64,000 nt of DNA. Source: Dehalococcoidia bacterium. Lineage in GTDB: Bacteria; Chloroflexota; Dehalococcoidia; UBA2979. Below the pieces are notes generated by a model. That model had not been told where the DNA came from. It did not search any database and was given only the letters and a program-made list of their open reading frames with translations. Each line of letters begins with the position of its first letter. Positions within the stretch are counted from its first letter, which is position 1. The DNA is taken from NCBI GenBank assembly GCA_965262725.1, contig OZ253555.1:768001-832000 (forward strand). The letters are read 5' to 3'. Shown piece by piece: positions 29,304-37,555 of the stretch. The position numbers were made by a program, and so were the translations under genes.

Positions 29304-30301
29304 CCCTCGCGCTCGCGGAGCCACGACATCATCGCGCGGATCTCGCGCCCGACCTCGGCGATCGGGTGCGCAGCGCTCTGGCGGCGCAGTGCGTTGAAGC
29401 GCGGCCGCCCCGCCTGGTTCTCCAGGATCCACTCGCGCGCGAACTCCCCCGACTGGATCTCGTCGAGGATGGTCCGCATCTCCCGCTTCGTCTCGGCCGT
29501 GATGACGCGCGGGCCGCGCGTGTAGTCTCCGTACTCCGCCGTGTCGGAGACGGAGTAGCGCATGTACTCCATCCCTCCCTCGTAGAGCAGGTCGACGATC
29601 AGCTTCAACTCGTGCAGCGTCTCGAAGTAGGCCGACTCGGGCTGGTAGCCCGCCTCGACCAGGGTCTCGTAGGCCGCGGTGATGAGCGCCGTCACGCCCC
29701 CGCAGAGGATCGTCTGCTCGCCGAACAGGTCGGTCTCGGTCTCCTCACGGAAGGTGGTCTCGAGAATCCCGGCCCGGGTCGCGCCGATGCCCCGGCCGTA
29801 TGCGAGCGCCGTCGCGAGCGCCGATTCGGTTGCGTTCTGCTCGATGGCGAGGAGCGCCGGAACGCCCCCGCCCTCGGTGTAGACGCGCCGGACGAGGTGC
29901 CCGGGCCCCTTGGGCGCGATCATCGAGACGTCGACGCCCTCCGGCGCCGCGATCTGGCTGAAGTGGACGTTGAAGCCGTGCGCGAACATCAGCGTCTTGC
30001 CGGCCGAGAGGTGCGGGGCCACGTGATCCTCGTAGACCGCGCGCTGCACCTGATCGGGCACCAGCATCATGATCACGTCGGAGCCGCGCGCCACGTCGTC
30101 CACCGAGCCGACCCGGAGGCCCTCTGCGCGCGCCTTCTCCCACGAGGGCGAGCCGGGGTAGAGCCCCACGGCGACCTCGACGCCGGAGTCGCGCAGGTTC
30201 AGGGCGTGGGCGTGCCCCTGCGAGCCGTAACCGATGACGCCGACGGTCCGGCCCGCGAGCACGCCGGGATCCGCATCGGAGTCGTAGTAGATCTTCGCCA
30301 C
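29300..30301 (-). CDS. ilvC: Ketol-acid reductoisomerase
   Basis: [41 protein letters not shown]. Confidence 0.97.
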   Translation of the reverse strand: MAKIYYDSDADPGVLAGRTVGVIGYGSQGHAHALNLRDSGVEVAVGLYPGSPSWEKARAEGLRVGSVDDVARGSDVIMMLVPDQVQRAVYEDHVAPHLSAGKTLMFAHGFNVHFSQIAAPEGVDVSMIAPKGPGHLVRRVYTEGGGVPALLAIEQNATESALATALAYGRGIGATRAGILETTFREETETDLFGEQTILCGGVTALITAAYETLVEAGYQPESAYFETLHELKLIVDLLYEGGMEYMRYSVSDTAEYGDYTRGPRVITAETKREMRTILDEIQSGEFAREWILENQAGRPRFNALRRQSAAHPIAEVGREIRAMMSWLREREG

Positions 30302-30362
30302 CGGCACCCGCCTCTCGTTGCTTCCGGCCCAACCCGTCTCAGTCACCGCCCGGGTCGTTGCC

Positions 30363-30944
30363 TCAGTCGCTCACGTAGGGTAGCTCGCCCTCCGGCAAGC
30401 GCCCCGCCTCGTGGTGGAAGCGGTGCATCTCCTCGCTCTCGCCGTTCTGGTCCCCGTAGGCGGTGACCCGCGCCCCGCGGCGCATCGAGACCCGACCCGT
30501 GCGCATCAGCTCCATGATTCCGTACGGGCGCAGGTTGTCGAGCAGCCCGTTGACGCGGTCGCGCTGCGCCACCGCCTGCAGGGTCACGCTCACGGGCGAG
30601 AGATCCACGGCTTGCGCGCGGAAGATCGTGGCGATCTCCAGCACCTCGCGACGGTTCTCGGCCGTGCAGCGCACCTTGATCAGCGCCAGCTCGCGGTTGA
30701 CCGCCTCGGCGTTGGTCAGATCCTCCACCTTGATCACGTCGACGAGCTTGATGAGTTGCTTCTCGACCTGGTCCACGATGCCCTCGTGGCCGTCGACGAT
30801 GATCGTCATCCGCGATATGCCGTCCTCGTGCGTCGTGCCGACGGCGAGCGACTCGATGTTGAACCCGCGCCGCCGGAAGAGGCTCGTGACCCGGTTCAGG
30901 ACGCCGGGGCGGTCCTCGACCAGCGCGACGACTGTGTGCAGCAT
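30363..30944 (-). CDS. ilvN: Acetolactate synthase small subunit
   Basis: [43 protein letters not shown]. Confidence 0.95.
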   Translation of the reverse strand: MLHTVVALVEDRPGVLNRVTSLFRRRGFNIESLAVGTTHEDGISRMTIIVDGHEGIVDQVEKQLIKLVDVIKVEDLTNAEAVNRELALIKVRCTAENRREVLEIATIFRAQAVDLSPVSVTLQAVAQRDRVNGLLDNLRPYGIMELMRTGRVSMRRGARVTAYGDQNGESEEMHRFHHEAGRLPEGELPYVSD

Positions 30945-30949
30945 CGCCC

Positions 30950-32716
30950 TCACACCATCCCGTCCGTGCTCTCGACGGTCTCGGAGAGCGCCGCGCCCGC
31001 CGGCACCATCGGCCAGACGTTGTCGTCGGCGGTGACGCGGAAGTCAATCAGGACCGGGCCGGGGTGCGCGTCGGCCTCGCGTATCGCCTCGTCGACCTGG
31101 CCGGGCTCGTCGACGCGGATGCCCTTGATGCCGTAGGCCTCGGCGATCTTAGTGAAGTCGGGCTGCGACATCGAGACCGCGACGTAGTTGTCCTTGTAGA
31201 AGAGCTCCTGCCACTGGCGCACCATGCCGAGGTAGCCGTTGTTCATGATCGCGAGTTTCACCGGGGTCTGCTCGTCGACCATGGTGGCGATCTCCTGGAA
31301 CGTCATCTGGAATCCGCCGTCGCCGCAGATCGCCCAGACGCTCGCGTCAGGCCGCGCCACCTGCGCGCCGAGGGCGGCCGGCACCTCGAAGCCCATCGTG
31401 CCGAGCCCGCCCGACGTGATCAGCTGACGCGGACGCGAGATGCTCATGTGCTGCGCCGCCCACATCTGGTGCTGGCCGACGCCGGTCACGATGATCGCGT
31501 CCTCGTCGTTGGCGTGCGCGCGCGCGATGCGCTGCACCACGAACTGGACCGTGAGTTCCGGCCCCTCCGGGACGGCGAGCGAGGCCGCGTGTGCGCGGGC
31601 GAGGTCGTCGATCCAGCGCACCCACTCCGGCTGGCTCGAGCGCTTCACCGCCGCCGTCAGCTGTGGCAGTACGTCCTTGACGTCACCGGTGATCGGGACG
31701 GCGGTGTCGATGTTCTTGTTGTGCTCGGCCGGATCGATGTCGACGTGAATCACGGTTGCCGTCGGGTTGAGATCGGCGAAGCGCCCGAGCGCGCGGTCGT
31801 CCATGCGCATGCCGAGCCCGATGATCAGGTCGGCGTTGGAGGCGGCCATGTTCGCGTGGTAGGAGCCGTGCATCCCCATCATCCCGTAGGAGAGGGCGTG
31901 CCGCTGGTCAAGGACGCCGAGGCCGAGCAGCGTCGTCAGCACGGGGATACCGGTGCGCTCCGCGAAGGCGCGCAGCTCCTCGCTCGCGTTCGCGATCACG
32001 ATGCCGTGCCCGGCGAAGATGATCGGCCGCTTCGAGGCGTCGATCCGCTCGGCGGCGGCGCGGATCTCCTCCTCGGCGGCGGCGGCGGGGACCTCGTAGC
32101 CGCGCACGCGAACGCGCTCGGGCCAGCGGAACTCGGCCTCCTCTAGGAAGACGTCCTTGGGGATGTCGATGTGCACGGGACCGGGGCGCCCCGTCGTCGC
32201 GATGTAGATCGCTTCGGCGAACGTTGGTGCGAGATCCTGCGCCCGCATCACCAGGTAGTTGTGCTTGACGGCCGGCATCAGGATGCCGGTCGCGTCGGCC
32301 TCCTGGAAGCCGTCCCGCCCGATCATGTTGCGGGCGACGTTGCCGGTGATGAAGAGCACGGGGACGGAGTCCATCATCGCGTTCTGCACGGCGGTGACGA
32401 GGTTGGTGGCGCCCGGGCCCGAGGTGGCGAGCGCGACGCCGAGCTCGCCGGTGGCGCGCGCGTAGCCATCCGCCGCGTGGCCGCCGCCCTGCTCGTGCCT
32501 CACGAGGATGTGTCGCACCTTCGGGTGCGCGGGCAGCCGGTCGTAGAGCGGAAGCACCACGCCGCCGGGATAGCCGAAGACCGTGGTCGCGCCGGCGTGC
32601 GTCAGGCTCTCGAGGACGATGTCTGCGCCCGAGAGCACGCGTCCCTGCGCCTGCGGCACCGTGGTCGCGTCGGCCTGAGCGCTCCTGCGGGCGGGCGGCC
32701 GCTGGGTTGTGGTCAT
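30950..32716 (-). CDS. ilvB: Acetolactate synthase large subunit
   Basis: FGYPGG, RHEQGGGHAADGYAR, TSGPGATN, VGQHQMW, GDGGFQM...NN (TPP motif), MVRQWQ. Confidence 0.97.
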   Translation of the reverse strand: MTTTQRPPARRSAQADATTVPQAQGRVLSGADIVLESLTHAGATTVFGYPGGVVLPLYDRLPAHPKVRHILVRHEQGGGHAADGYARATGELGVALATSGPGATNLVTAVQNAMMDSVPVLFITGNVARNMIGRDGFQEADATGILMPAVKHNYLVMRAQDLAPTFAEAIYIATTGRPGPVHIDIPKDVFLEEAEFRWPERVRVRGYEVPAAAAEEEIRAAAERIDASKRPIIFAGHGIVIANASEELRAFAERTGIPVLTTLLGLGVLDQRHALSYGMMGMHGSYHANMAASNADLIIGLGMRMDDRALGRFADLNPTATVIHVDIDPAEHNKNIDTAVPITGDVKDVLPQLTAAVKRSSQPEWVRWIDDLARAHAASLAVPEGPELTVQFVVQRIARAHANDEDAIIVTGVGQHQMWAAQHMSISRPRQLITSGGLGTMGFEVPAALGAQVARPDASVWAICGDGGFQMTFQEIATMVDEQTPVKLAIMNNGYLGMVRQWQELFYKDNYVAVSMSQPDFTKIAEAYGIKGIRVDEPGQVDEAIREADAHPGPVLIDFRVTADDNVWPMVPAGAALSETVESTDGMV

Positions 32717-32733
32717 GTCGCTCTCCTCGCGTC

Positions 32734-32756
32734 AGCCCCACCTTGCGGGCGGGGCT
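32734..32756 (-). promoter_or_regulatory. Hairpin in the ilvB leader just upstream of the SD
   Basis: Minus strand AGCCCCGCC-CGCAA-GGTGGGGCT, 9-bp stem with one GU pair, no U-tract. Confidence 0.45.
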
Positions 32757-32873
32757 CTCTCGCCGGCACCGGGGCGGCGGCCCGGGACTTCTCGCCCAGG
32801 CGTCTCTCACTCGGTGGATGGAGGTCGCCCGGCACGCGGGCGGGGGGCGGAGGCCGCATGGGGCGGCGCCGCC

Positions 32874-32954
32874 CTAGGACAGTACGAGTACGCGGCGGGG
32901 CGCGCCCGGACGGGCGGCCGAAAGAAGGGCGTCGAGCATCTGTCTTGGCGCCAT
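32874..32954 (-). CDS. Putative ilvB leader peptide (26 aa)
   Basis: MAPRQMLDALLSAARPGAPRRVLVLS; terminal GTA CTC GTA CTG uses GTA Val codons that are rare in this sequence; begins 9 nt after a -10 box. Confidence 0.65.
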   Translation of the reverse strand: MAPRQMLDALLSAARPGAPRRVLVLS

Positions 32955-32963
32955 GGTGCTGGC

Positions 32964-32993
32964 AGTATCGGCGCGCCGGAGATCGAGCGTCAA
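32964..32993 (-). promoter_or_regulatory. Promoter of the ilv-leu operon
   Basis: Minus strand TTGACG-N18-GATACT. Confidence 0.55.
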
Positions 32994-33386
32994 GCCTGCG
33001 GATCGCATCGCAACCCCTGTTACCGAAATGACCGTGGCCGCAGGCGAGTCGATGCGGGGGTCGAGAAAGGACCCGCACAGCTACTGCCCCCGTCATGCGC
33101 GAGCGGGCCGAGTTCCGTTCGATGGTCGTGTGACCGCTCGGGCTCAGCGAGATGTGGCCGAGTGTGATGCCGTGGTTCCGCCGAACGCGGCGACGACCTC
33201 GCAACCGCCGTGATGTGGTGCGCCATCTCCGCAGCAACCACGATGTGAGCGAACGTCGCGCCGTGGACGGACATGATCCAGTGCAGCGATAGCTGTCCAA
33301 TAAATGGGGGTTATATGCTTGGGTTGACGGCGCGTGCTACTCGCGTTTGGGCTTCGGGCGTGGCGTGAGCAGCGCCTTCGCCAATT

Positions 33387-33590
33387 GTGCTGTGGAGCGT
33401 GGACACGCAGGACTGGCGGCGGCCGGGCGAGGACCAGATCGCCTCGCACGTGCTCTCCAACGTGCGGCCCGGTGCGATCGTCCTGATGCACGACGGTGGC
33501 GGCGAACGCTCGCAGACCGTGGCCGCCCTCGATACCGTGCTCGACGGGCTGACCGGGCGTCGGTACGCCTTCGGCCTGCTCTGTAGCTGA
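33387..33590 (+). pseudogene. Polysaccharide deacetylase (NodB-type) C-terminal fragment
   Basis: WSVDTQDW and [18 protein letters not shown] (motifs 4-5) only; in-frame TGA at 33366 and no motifs 1-3. Confidence 0.8.
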
Positions 33591-33625
33591 TCTGTAGCTG
33601 ACACCCGACCGCGAGGGAGCCGGAT

Positions 33626-34549
33626 ATGTCGATGCGAGTCTGGACCCGGCGTGCTGCTCGACGCGTGACGGCCGTGGGTGCACTGCTCTTCGCAGCTACG
33701 CTGCTGGCGTCCTGCGAGGGGATAGCCGACAACGATCTGGCAGCGCCGGACAGAGTGTCCATCGAGCGGGCCACCATCCTGACCGAGCACACCGACGCGG
33801 GCATGGCCACGCTCAAGGACGGCGAGTTCCGGGCGCCGGTCGCGCCCGGCTCGGCCAGCGATCTCGAGATCCGCCTCGCCCAGTCGAGGGTCGGCGACCT
33901 CGACGGCAACGGCATCCCGGACGCCGCCGCGATCACGATCGAGAACCCGGGCGGCAGCGGGAACTTCCGCTACCTGCACGCGCTGCTCTACGAGGAAGGT
34001 GAGCTCCGCGACGCCGACGCCGTCTTCCTCGGCGACCGCATCCGCGTCGCGGGCCTCTCCATCCACGAAGGCGTCATCACGGTGGCTACCGTCGACCGGC
34101 CGCCGGACGCACCGTTCAGCGAGACTCCCTCGATCCTCGCGCTTCGCCAGTTCCGCCTCGCGGGCGAGACGTTCGAGGAGATCGCGGGCATCAGCAGTGC
34201 TGACGCGTTCGCGTGTGACGACGGCCTCCCCGACGCTGCGCTCGTGATCGTGCTCTCGCCCGCGGGCGGCGAGGAGGTCGCGAACGGGTTCACGGTCCGC
34301 GGCTGCTCGCGCACGTTCGAGTCGAACGTGCAGTGGCGGCTGCTCGACCGCGCGGGCGAGGTGCTGGCGAGCGGTTTCGCGATGGGCGGTGGGGTGGACG
34401 GCCCGGCGCCCTTCACCTTCACGGTCACGTACGAAGCCGCCGAGCGCCAACTCGCGCACCTCGAGGTGTACGAGGAGGACGTGTCGGAGGGCGAGGGCTT
34501 CCCGCCACCGCGCACCGTCGTGCCGGTGGTGATCGCCGCAGCCGAGTGA
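33626..34549 (+). CDS. Lipoprotein with C-terminal Gmad2-type immunoglobulin-like domain
   Basis: LLASC lipobox; GDLDGNG..DAA, GGSGNF.YL, LGDRI; C-terminal RTFESNVQWRLLD..GEVLASGF. Confidence 0.72.
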   Translation: MSMRVWTRRAARRVTAVGALLFAATLLASCEGIADNDLAAPDRVSIERATILTEHTDAGMATLKDGEFRAPVAPGSASDLEIRLAQSRVGDLDGNGIPDAAAITIENPGGSGNFRYLHALLYEEGELRDADAVFLGDRIRVAGLSIHEGVITVATVDRPPDAPFSETPSILALRQFRLAGETFEEIAGISSADAFACDDGLPDAALVIVLSPAGGEEVANGFTVRGCSRTFESNVQWRLLDRAGEVLASGFAMGGGVDGPAPFTFTVTYEAAERQLAHLEVYEEDVSEGEGFPPPRTVVPVVIAAAE

Positions 34550-34665
34550 GCCGCGAGGCGGCACCCATGCCCGCACAGCTACATTCACACGCATGACTAC
34601 GACACAGATAGAGGCCGTCGAGCCGCGCTCGTGCGCAAGACGCCCTCGGCTGGTGGCGATGCTTC

Positions 34666-34909
34666 ATGACCCGCAAGCAACGCGCGTCGCGCGTGCTGCT
34701 TGCGGGTGCGGTGCGGGAACTCATCAACCGCCTCAATATGAGCCAGGGGGATCGCACGCCGCGCCGACATCACACCCGGCTATCTCTCGCAGCTCCTGAG
34801 CGGCCAGCGCTGCCCCAGATCACGCCACGAGATCGAGTCCCCAACGCACAGATCCTCGGTAACAGGTTCTGATGCACAGAGGGATATCCTCAGTAACACC
34901 CATTTATGA
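34666..34909 (+). pseudogene. Frameshifted XRE-family HTH regulator
   Basis: ..LINRLNMSQG continues in the +1 frame as IARRADITPGYLSQLLSGQRCP; the shift is at a G5 run near 34746-34750. Confidence 0.7.
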
Positions 34910-34931
34910 TGCATTGCGGCCTGAGTGTCGA

Positions 34932-34975
34932 TCGCCAGGGTCATTGAGCCACGCGTCGCCACGGTCATTGGACCA
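34932..34975. repeat. IS21 subterminal 20-bp repeats, two copies at the istB end
   Basis: TCGCCAGGGTCATTGAGCCA (34932-34951) and TCGCCACGGTCATTGGACCA (34956-34975). Confidence 0.85.
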
Positions 34976-35021
34976 CCCGGGACGCCGGTAGGCGGCTTGA
35001 TATCAGTGAGCGTCTAGCGCG

Positions 35022-35795
35022 TCAATCACCTCCCGTCTGCGCCTCGAGCAGGGCGCGGTGCGGCGAGAGCCGCTGGCGGTAGCTATCGCCCTCGATCACG
35101 ATCTGGTAGCTGGCGTTCGCGAGCCGGTCGAGGGCGCTGTTGCCGAGGATCGGGTCGTCGAAGAGACCCAGCCATTCCTCCACGGCGCGGTTCGAGGTGA
35201 TCACGAAGCTCGAGCTGCGGTGGCGCCCGATGACCAGCTCGTAGAGGTCGATGGACTGCTGCGCGCTGAGGCGATGGAGCCCGAGGTCGTCGAGGATGAG
35301 CAGGTCGGGCGCGAGGAAGCTTCGGAAGACCTTCTCGGCCGAGTGGTCGACGCGGGCCTGCGCCATCTCGCGGAAGTAGTGGTCGGCCGGGGCGAAGCGC
35401 ACGGTGCGTCCGGAGCGGACGGCTGAGTAGCCGAGCGCCTGGGCTAAGAAGCTCTTGCCGACGCCGACGGGGCCGACGAGCAGGACGTGCTCGCGGCGGT
35501 CGAGGAAGTGCAGCGAGAAGGCGGCGTCGAGCAGGCGGCGGTCGAGCCGGATGGCGGCCGCCCAGTCGAAGTCCTCGAGGCGGCAGAGCTGCTCGAAGCC
35601 GGCCTGGCGCAGGCGCAGCTCCAACCGCCCGTGGTCGCGGCGGCTCACCTCGTCGACGAGCAGGATCTGCAGGAAGTCCGCGTAGTCGAGGTGGTCGCGC
35701 CGCGCGAGGGCGATGCGCTCGGGCAACGTGTCGAGCATACGGCCGAGCTTGAGGCGCTTGAGCAGCGGACGGAGGTCTGAGGTGGTGGCGGTCAT
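35022..35795 (-). CDS. istB: IS21 helper ATPase IstB
   Basis: LEDFDW, GPVGVGKS, LLILDDLG, ITSN, ALDRL, GDSYR; ATGA overlap with istA. Confidence 0.95.
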   Translation of the reverse strand: MTATTSDLRPLLKRLKLGRMLDTLPERIALARRDHLDYADFLQILLVDEVSRRDHGRLELRLRQAGFEQLCRLEDFDWAAAIRLDRRLLDAAFSLHFLDRREHVLLVGPVGVGKSFLAQALGYSAVRSGRTVRFAPADHYFREMAQARVDHSAEKVFRSFLAPDLLILDDLGLHRLSAQQSIDLYELVIGRHRSSSFVITSNRAVEEWLGLFDDPILGNSALDRLANASYQIVIEGDSYRQRLSPHRALLEAQTGGD

Positions 35796-37372
35796 CGTGG
35801 TGCTCCTGTCGGGGTCTGCGTGCGGGACTGTGCGAAGACGGAGCCCGAGTGGGCGAAGCGCCCCGGAGGCGGCGGCAGCTCGGGCTGGTCTGGGGTGCTC
35901 TCCTGGTCGAGGGCCTCGACGAGGATGCGCTCGAGGCGGCGCACGTCGATGAGGTCGACCTCGAGCGCGCGGCGGCAGGCGGCGTCGAGGCGGTCCGGGG
36001 AGTAGCGCTCGGCGAGGCGCAGCAGCTTGTGGCCCTGCCGCAGCTTCGCCCAGGGCAGGGAGCCCTCGAAGAGACGCTCGGCGTAGGCGCCCACGGCCTC
36101 CCCCAGCTCGGCGGCGCGGCGCTGTATCCAGTCGGGCGCCCGCCTGGTGTAGGGGGTGAGCTCGGCCGGGTAGTCGTTCGGGTCGGTGGCGCGGCCGCCC
36201 CGGCGCTGGCGCGGGTGGACCTTGATGAGCTGACCGCGGTGGTAGATGCGCACCAGCTTCGAGCCGAGCTGCACCTCGACCTTCTGGCGGGGCGGGCAGG
36301 CCGTGGACGGCACCGAGTACAGCGCGTACTGGCAGGCGATGTGGTGGTCGGGATGGACCGTGGCGGTCCGCCAGTCGGGGACCTCGTAGGGCTCGCCGTC
36401 CCAGGGAGCGAGGAGAGGGAGCTCCTCCTCCCGGAAGACCTCGAGCGGCCGGCGGCGGGTCGTGCCGTGGATGCGCTGTCCCGCCACCTCCAGGCACCAG
36501 CTGCGGGCGGCGGAGCGCAGGTCGACGACGTCCCGGAAGTCGCCGCCCTTGAAGAGGCGCTCGCGCACGTAGGGGATGCTGCGCTCGACGCGCGGCTTGT
36601 CGCGGGGATGACGCACGCGCGCGGGGTCGGTGATGAAGCCGCGGTGGCGGGCGTACTCGAGGAAGCCCCGCGTGAAGCGCGGGTGCAGCGCGTCGGCCCC
36701 GGCGACGGCGGCCGGGAAGTTATCGATGACGAGGTAGCGGGGCACGCCCCCGAAGAAGGACCAGGCCTCCTCCAGGCCCTCGATCACAGCGTCCAGCTTC
36801 TGGCTGGTGGTGGGCCACACAAAGCAGTGGCGGGAGTAGCGCCAGACGACGACCAGCGCCCACACCGCGCGCCGGCGGCCGCTCTCGGGGTCCCGGATGA
36901 AGCCGAGGCGGCCGAAGTCCATCTCCGCCACCTCGCCCGGCGGCCCGTCGTCCATGCGCACGGTCGACGGCAGCCGGTGGCGCCAGCCGCGGCGCCGGAT
37001 GAAACGCCGCAGCGTGGTGTAGGAGACCTCGCAGCCTCGTCCGGCGAGGAGCTCCTGGATGCGCGTCAGTTGCAGGCGGTCGGTCTCAAGCCAGCGCTCG
37101 ATCTGCTCCGCCCAGGGCGAGAGCAGCTCTTCGCTCGGCGCCTCGACCTGCCGCGGGCCGGAGAGGCTCAGCGTCGCCAGCGCGGCGAGCTGCTCCTCAC
37201 TCGGCTCGGGACCGTCAGGTGTGAGGCCGGCCGCTTCGGCCGCGTCGATGTAGCGGCGGACCGTCTGACGCGACAACCCCATCCCGCTGGCGATGCGGCG
37301 CTGGCTGAGCCCCGCCTGCCAGCGACGAATGATCTCCTGAATCTCCACCCCGTGTACCTCCCGGTAGGCCAT
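35792..37372 (-). CDS. istA: IS21 transposase IstA
   Basis: N-terminal HTH, PGEVAEMDFG, VIDN, DKPRVER, HGTT, YSVP. Confidence 0.95.
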   Translation of the reverse strand: MAYREVHGVEIQEIIRRWQAGLSQRRIASGMGLSRQTVRRYIDAAEAAGLTPDGPEPSEEQLAALATLSLSGPRQVEAPSEELLSPWAEQIERWLETDRLQLTRIQELLAGRGCEVSYTTLRRFIRRRGWRHRLPSTVRMDDGPPGEVAEMDFGRLGFIRDPESGRRRAVWALVVVWRYSRHCFVWPTTSQKLDAVIEGLEEAWSFFGGVPRYLVIDNFPAAVAGADALHPRFTRGFLEYARHRGFITDPARVRHPRDKPRVERSIPYVRERLFKGGDFRDVVDLRSAARSWCLEVAGQRIHGTTRRRPLEVFREEELPLLAPWDGEPYEVPDWRTATVHPDHHIACQYALYSVPSTACPPRQKVEVQLGSKLVRIYHRGQLIKVHPRQRRGGRATDPNDYPAELTPYTRRAPDWIQRRAAELGEAVGAYAERLFEGSLPWAKLRQGHKLLRLAERYSPDRLDAACRRALEVDLIDVRRLERILVEALDQESTPDQPELPPPPGRFAHSGSVFAQSRTQTPTGAPR

Positions 37373-37447
37373 CGCTGCTCCCTCCGCTGGGGATGCAGGC
37401 GATGGTGGCCGTACCGGCGGCCCGAGTGGTCAGACCCCCCGGAGGGG

Positions 37448-37522
37448 TGGCTCAATGACCTTGGCGAAGTGGCACATAGACCCTGGCGATCTCGCCGTTT
37501 GCTGGTCTATAGATCCTGGCGA
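37448..37522. repeat. IS21 subterminal 20-bp repeats, three inverted copies at the istA end
   Basis: Copies at 37448-37467, 37470-37489 and 37503-37522; reverse complements match the TCGCCA.G.TC.....CCA consensus. Confidence 0.85.
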
Positions 37523-37555
37523 TTCACAGCCTGAGCCCGCCGCCGGCCGGGGGGA

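Larger units (their letters stand above)
34926..37528 (-). mobile_element. IS21-family insertion sequence (2603 bp), 7-bp target duplication GCCTGAG
   Basis: Ends TGT...ACA with imperfect IRs (TGTCGATCGCCAGGGTC vs TGTGAATCGCCAGGATC); GCCTGAG at 34919-34925 and 37529-37535; istA-istB inside. Confidence 0.95.

Noticed and set aside
32717-32993. T-box riboswitch upstream of ilvB
   Set aside because: No GGTGGNACCGCG T-box motif or specifier stem seen; a leader peptide explains the region better.
33020-33300. ORFs 33020-33274 and 32713-33300
   Set aside because: No motifs and atypical codon use; treated as non-coding or remnant DNA.
37448-37522. Spaced 20-bp repeats resembling a mini CRISPR
   Set aside because: Spacers are 2 and 13 nt, inverted copies occur at the other IS end, and no cas genes are present: these are IS21 terminal repeats.
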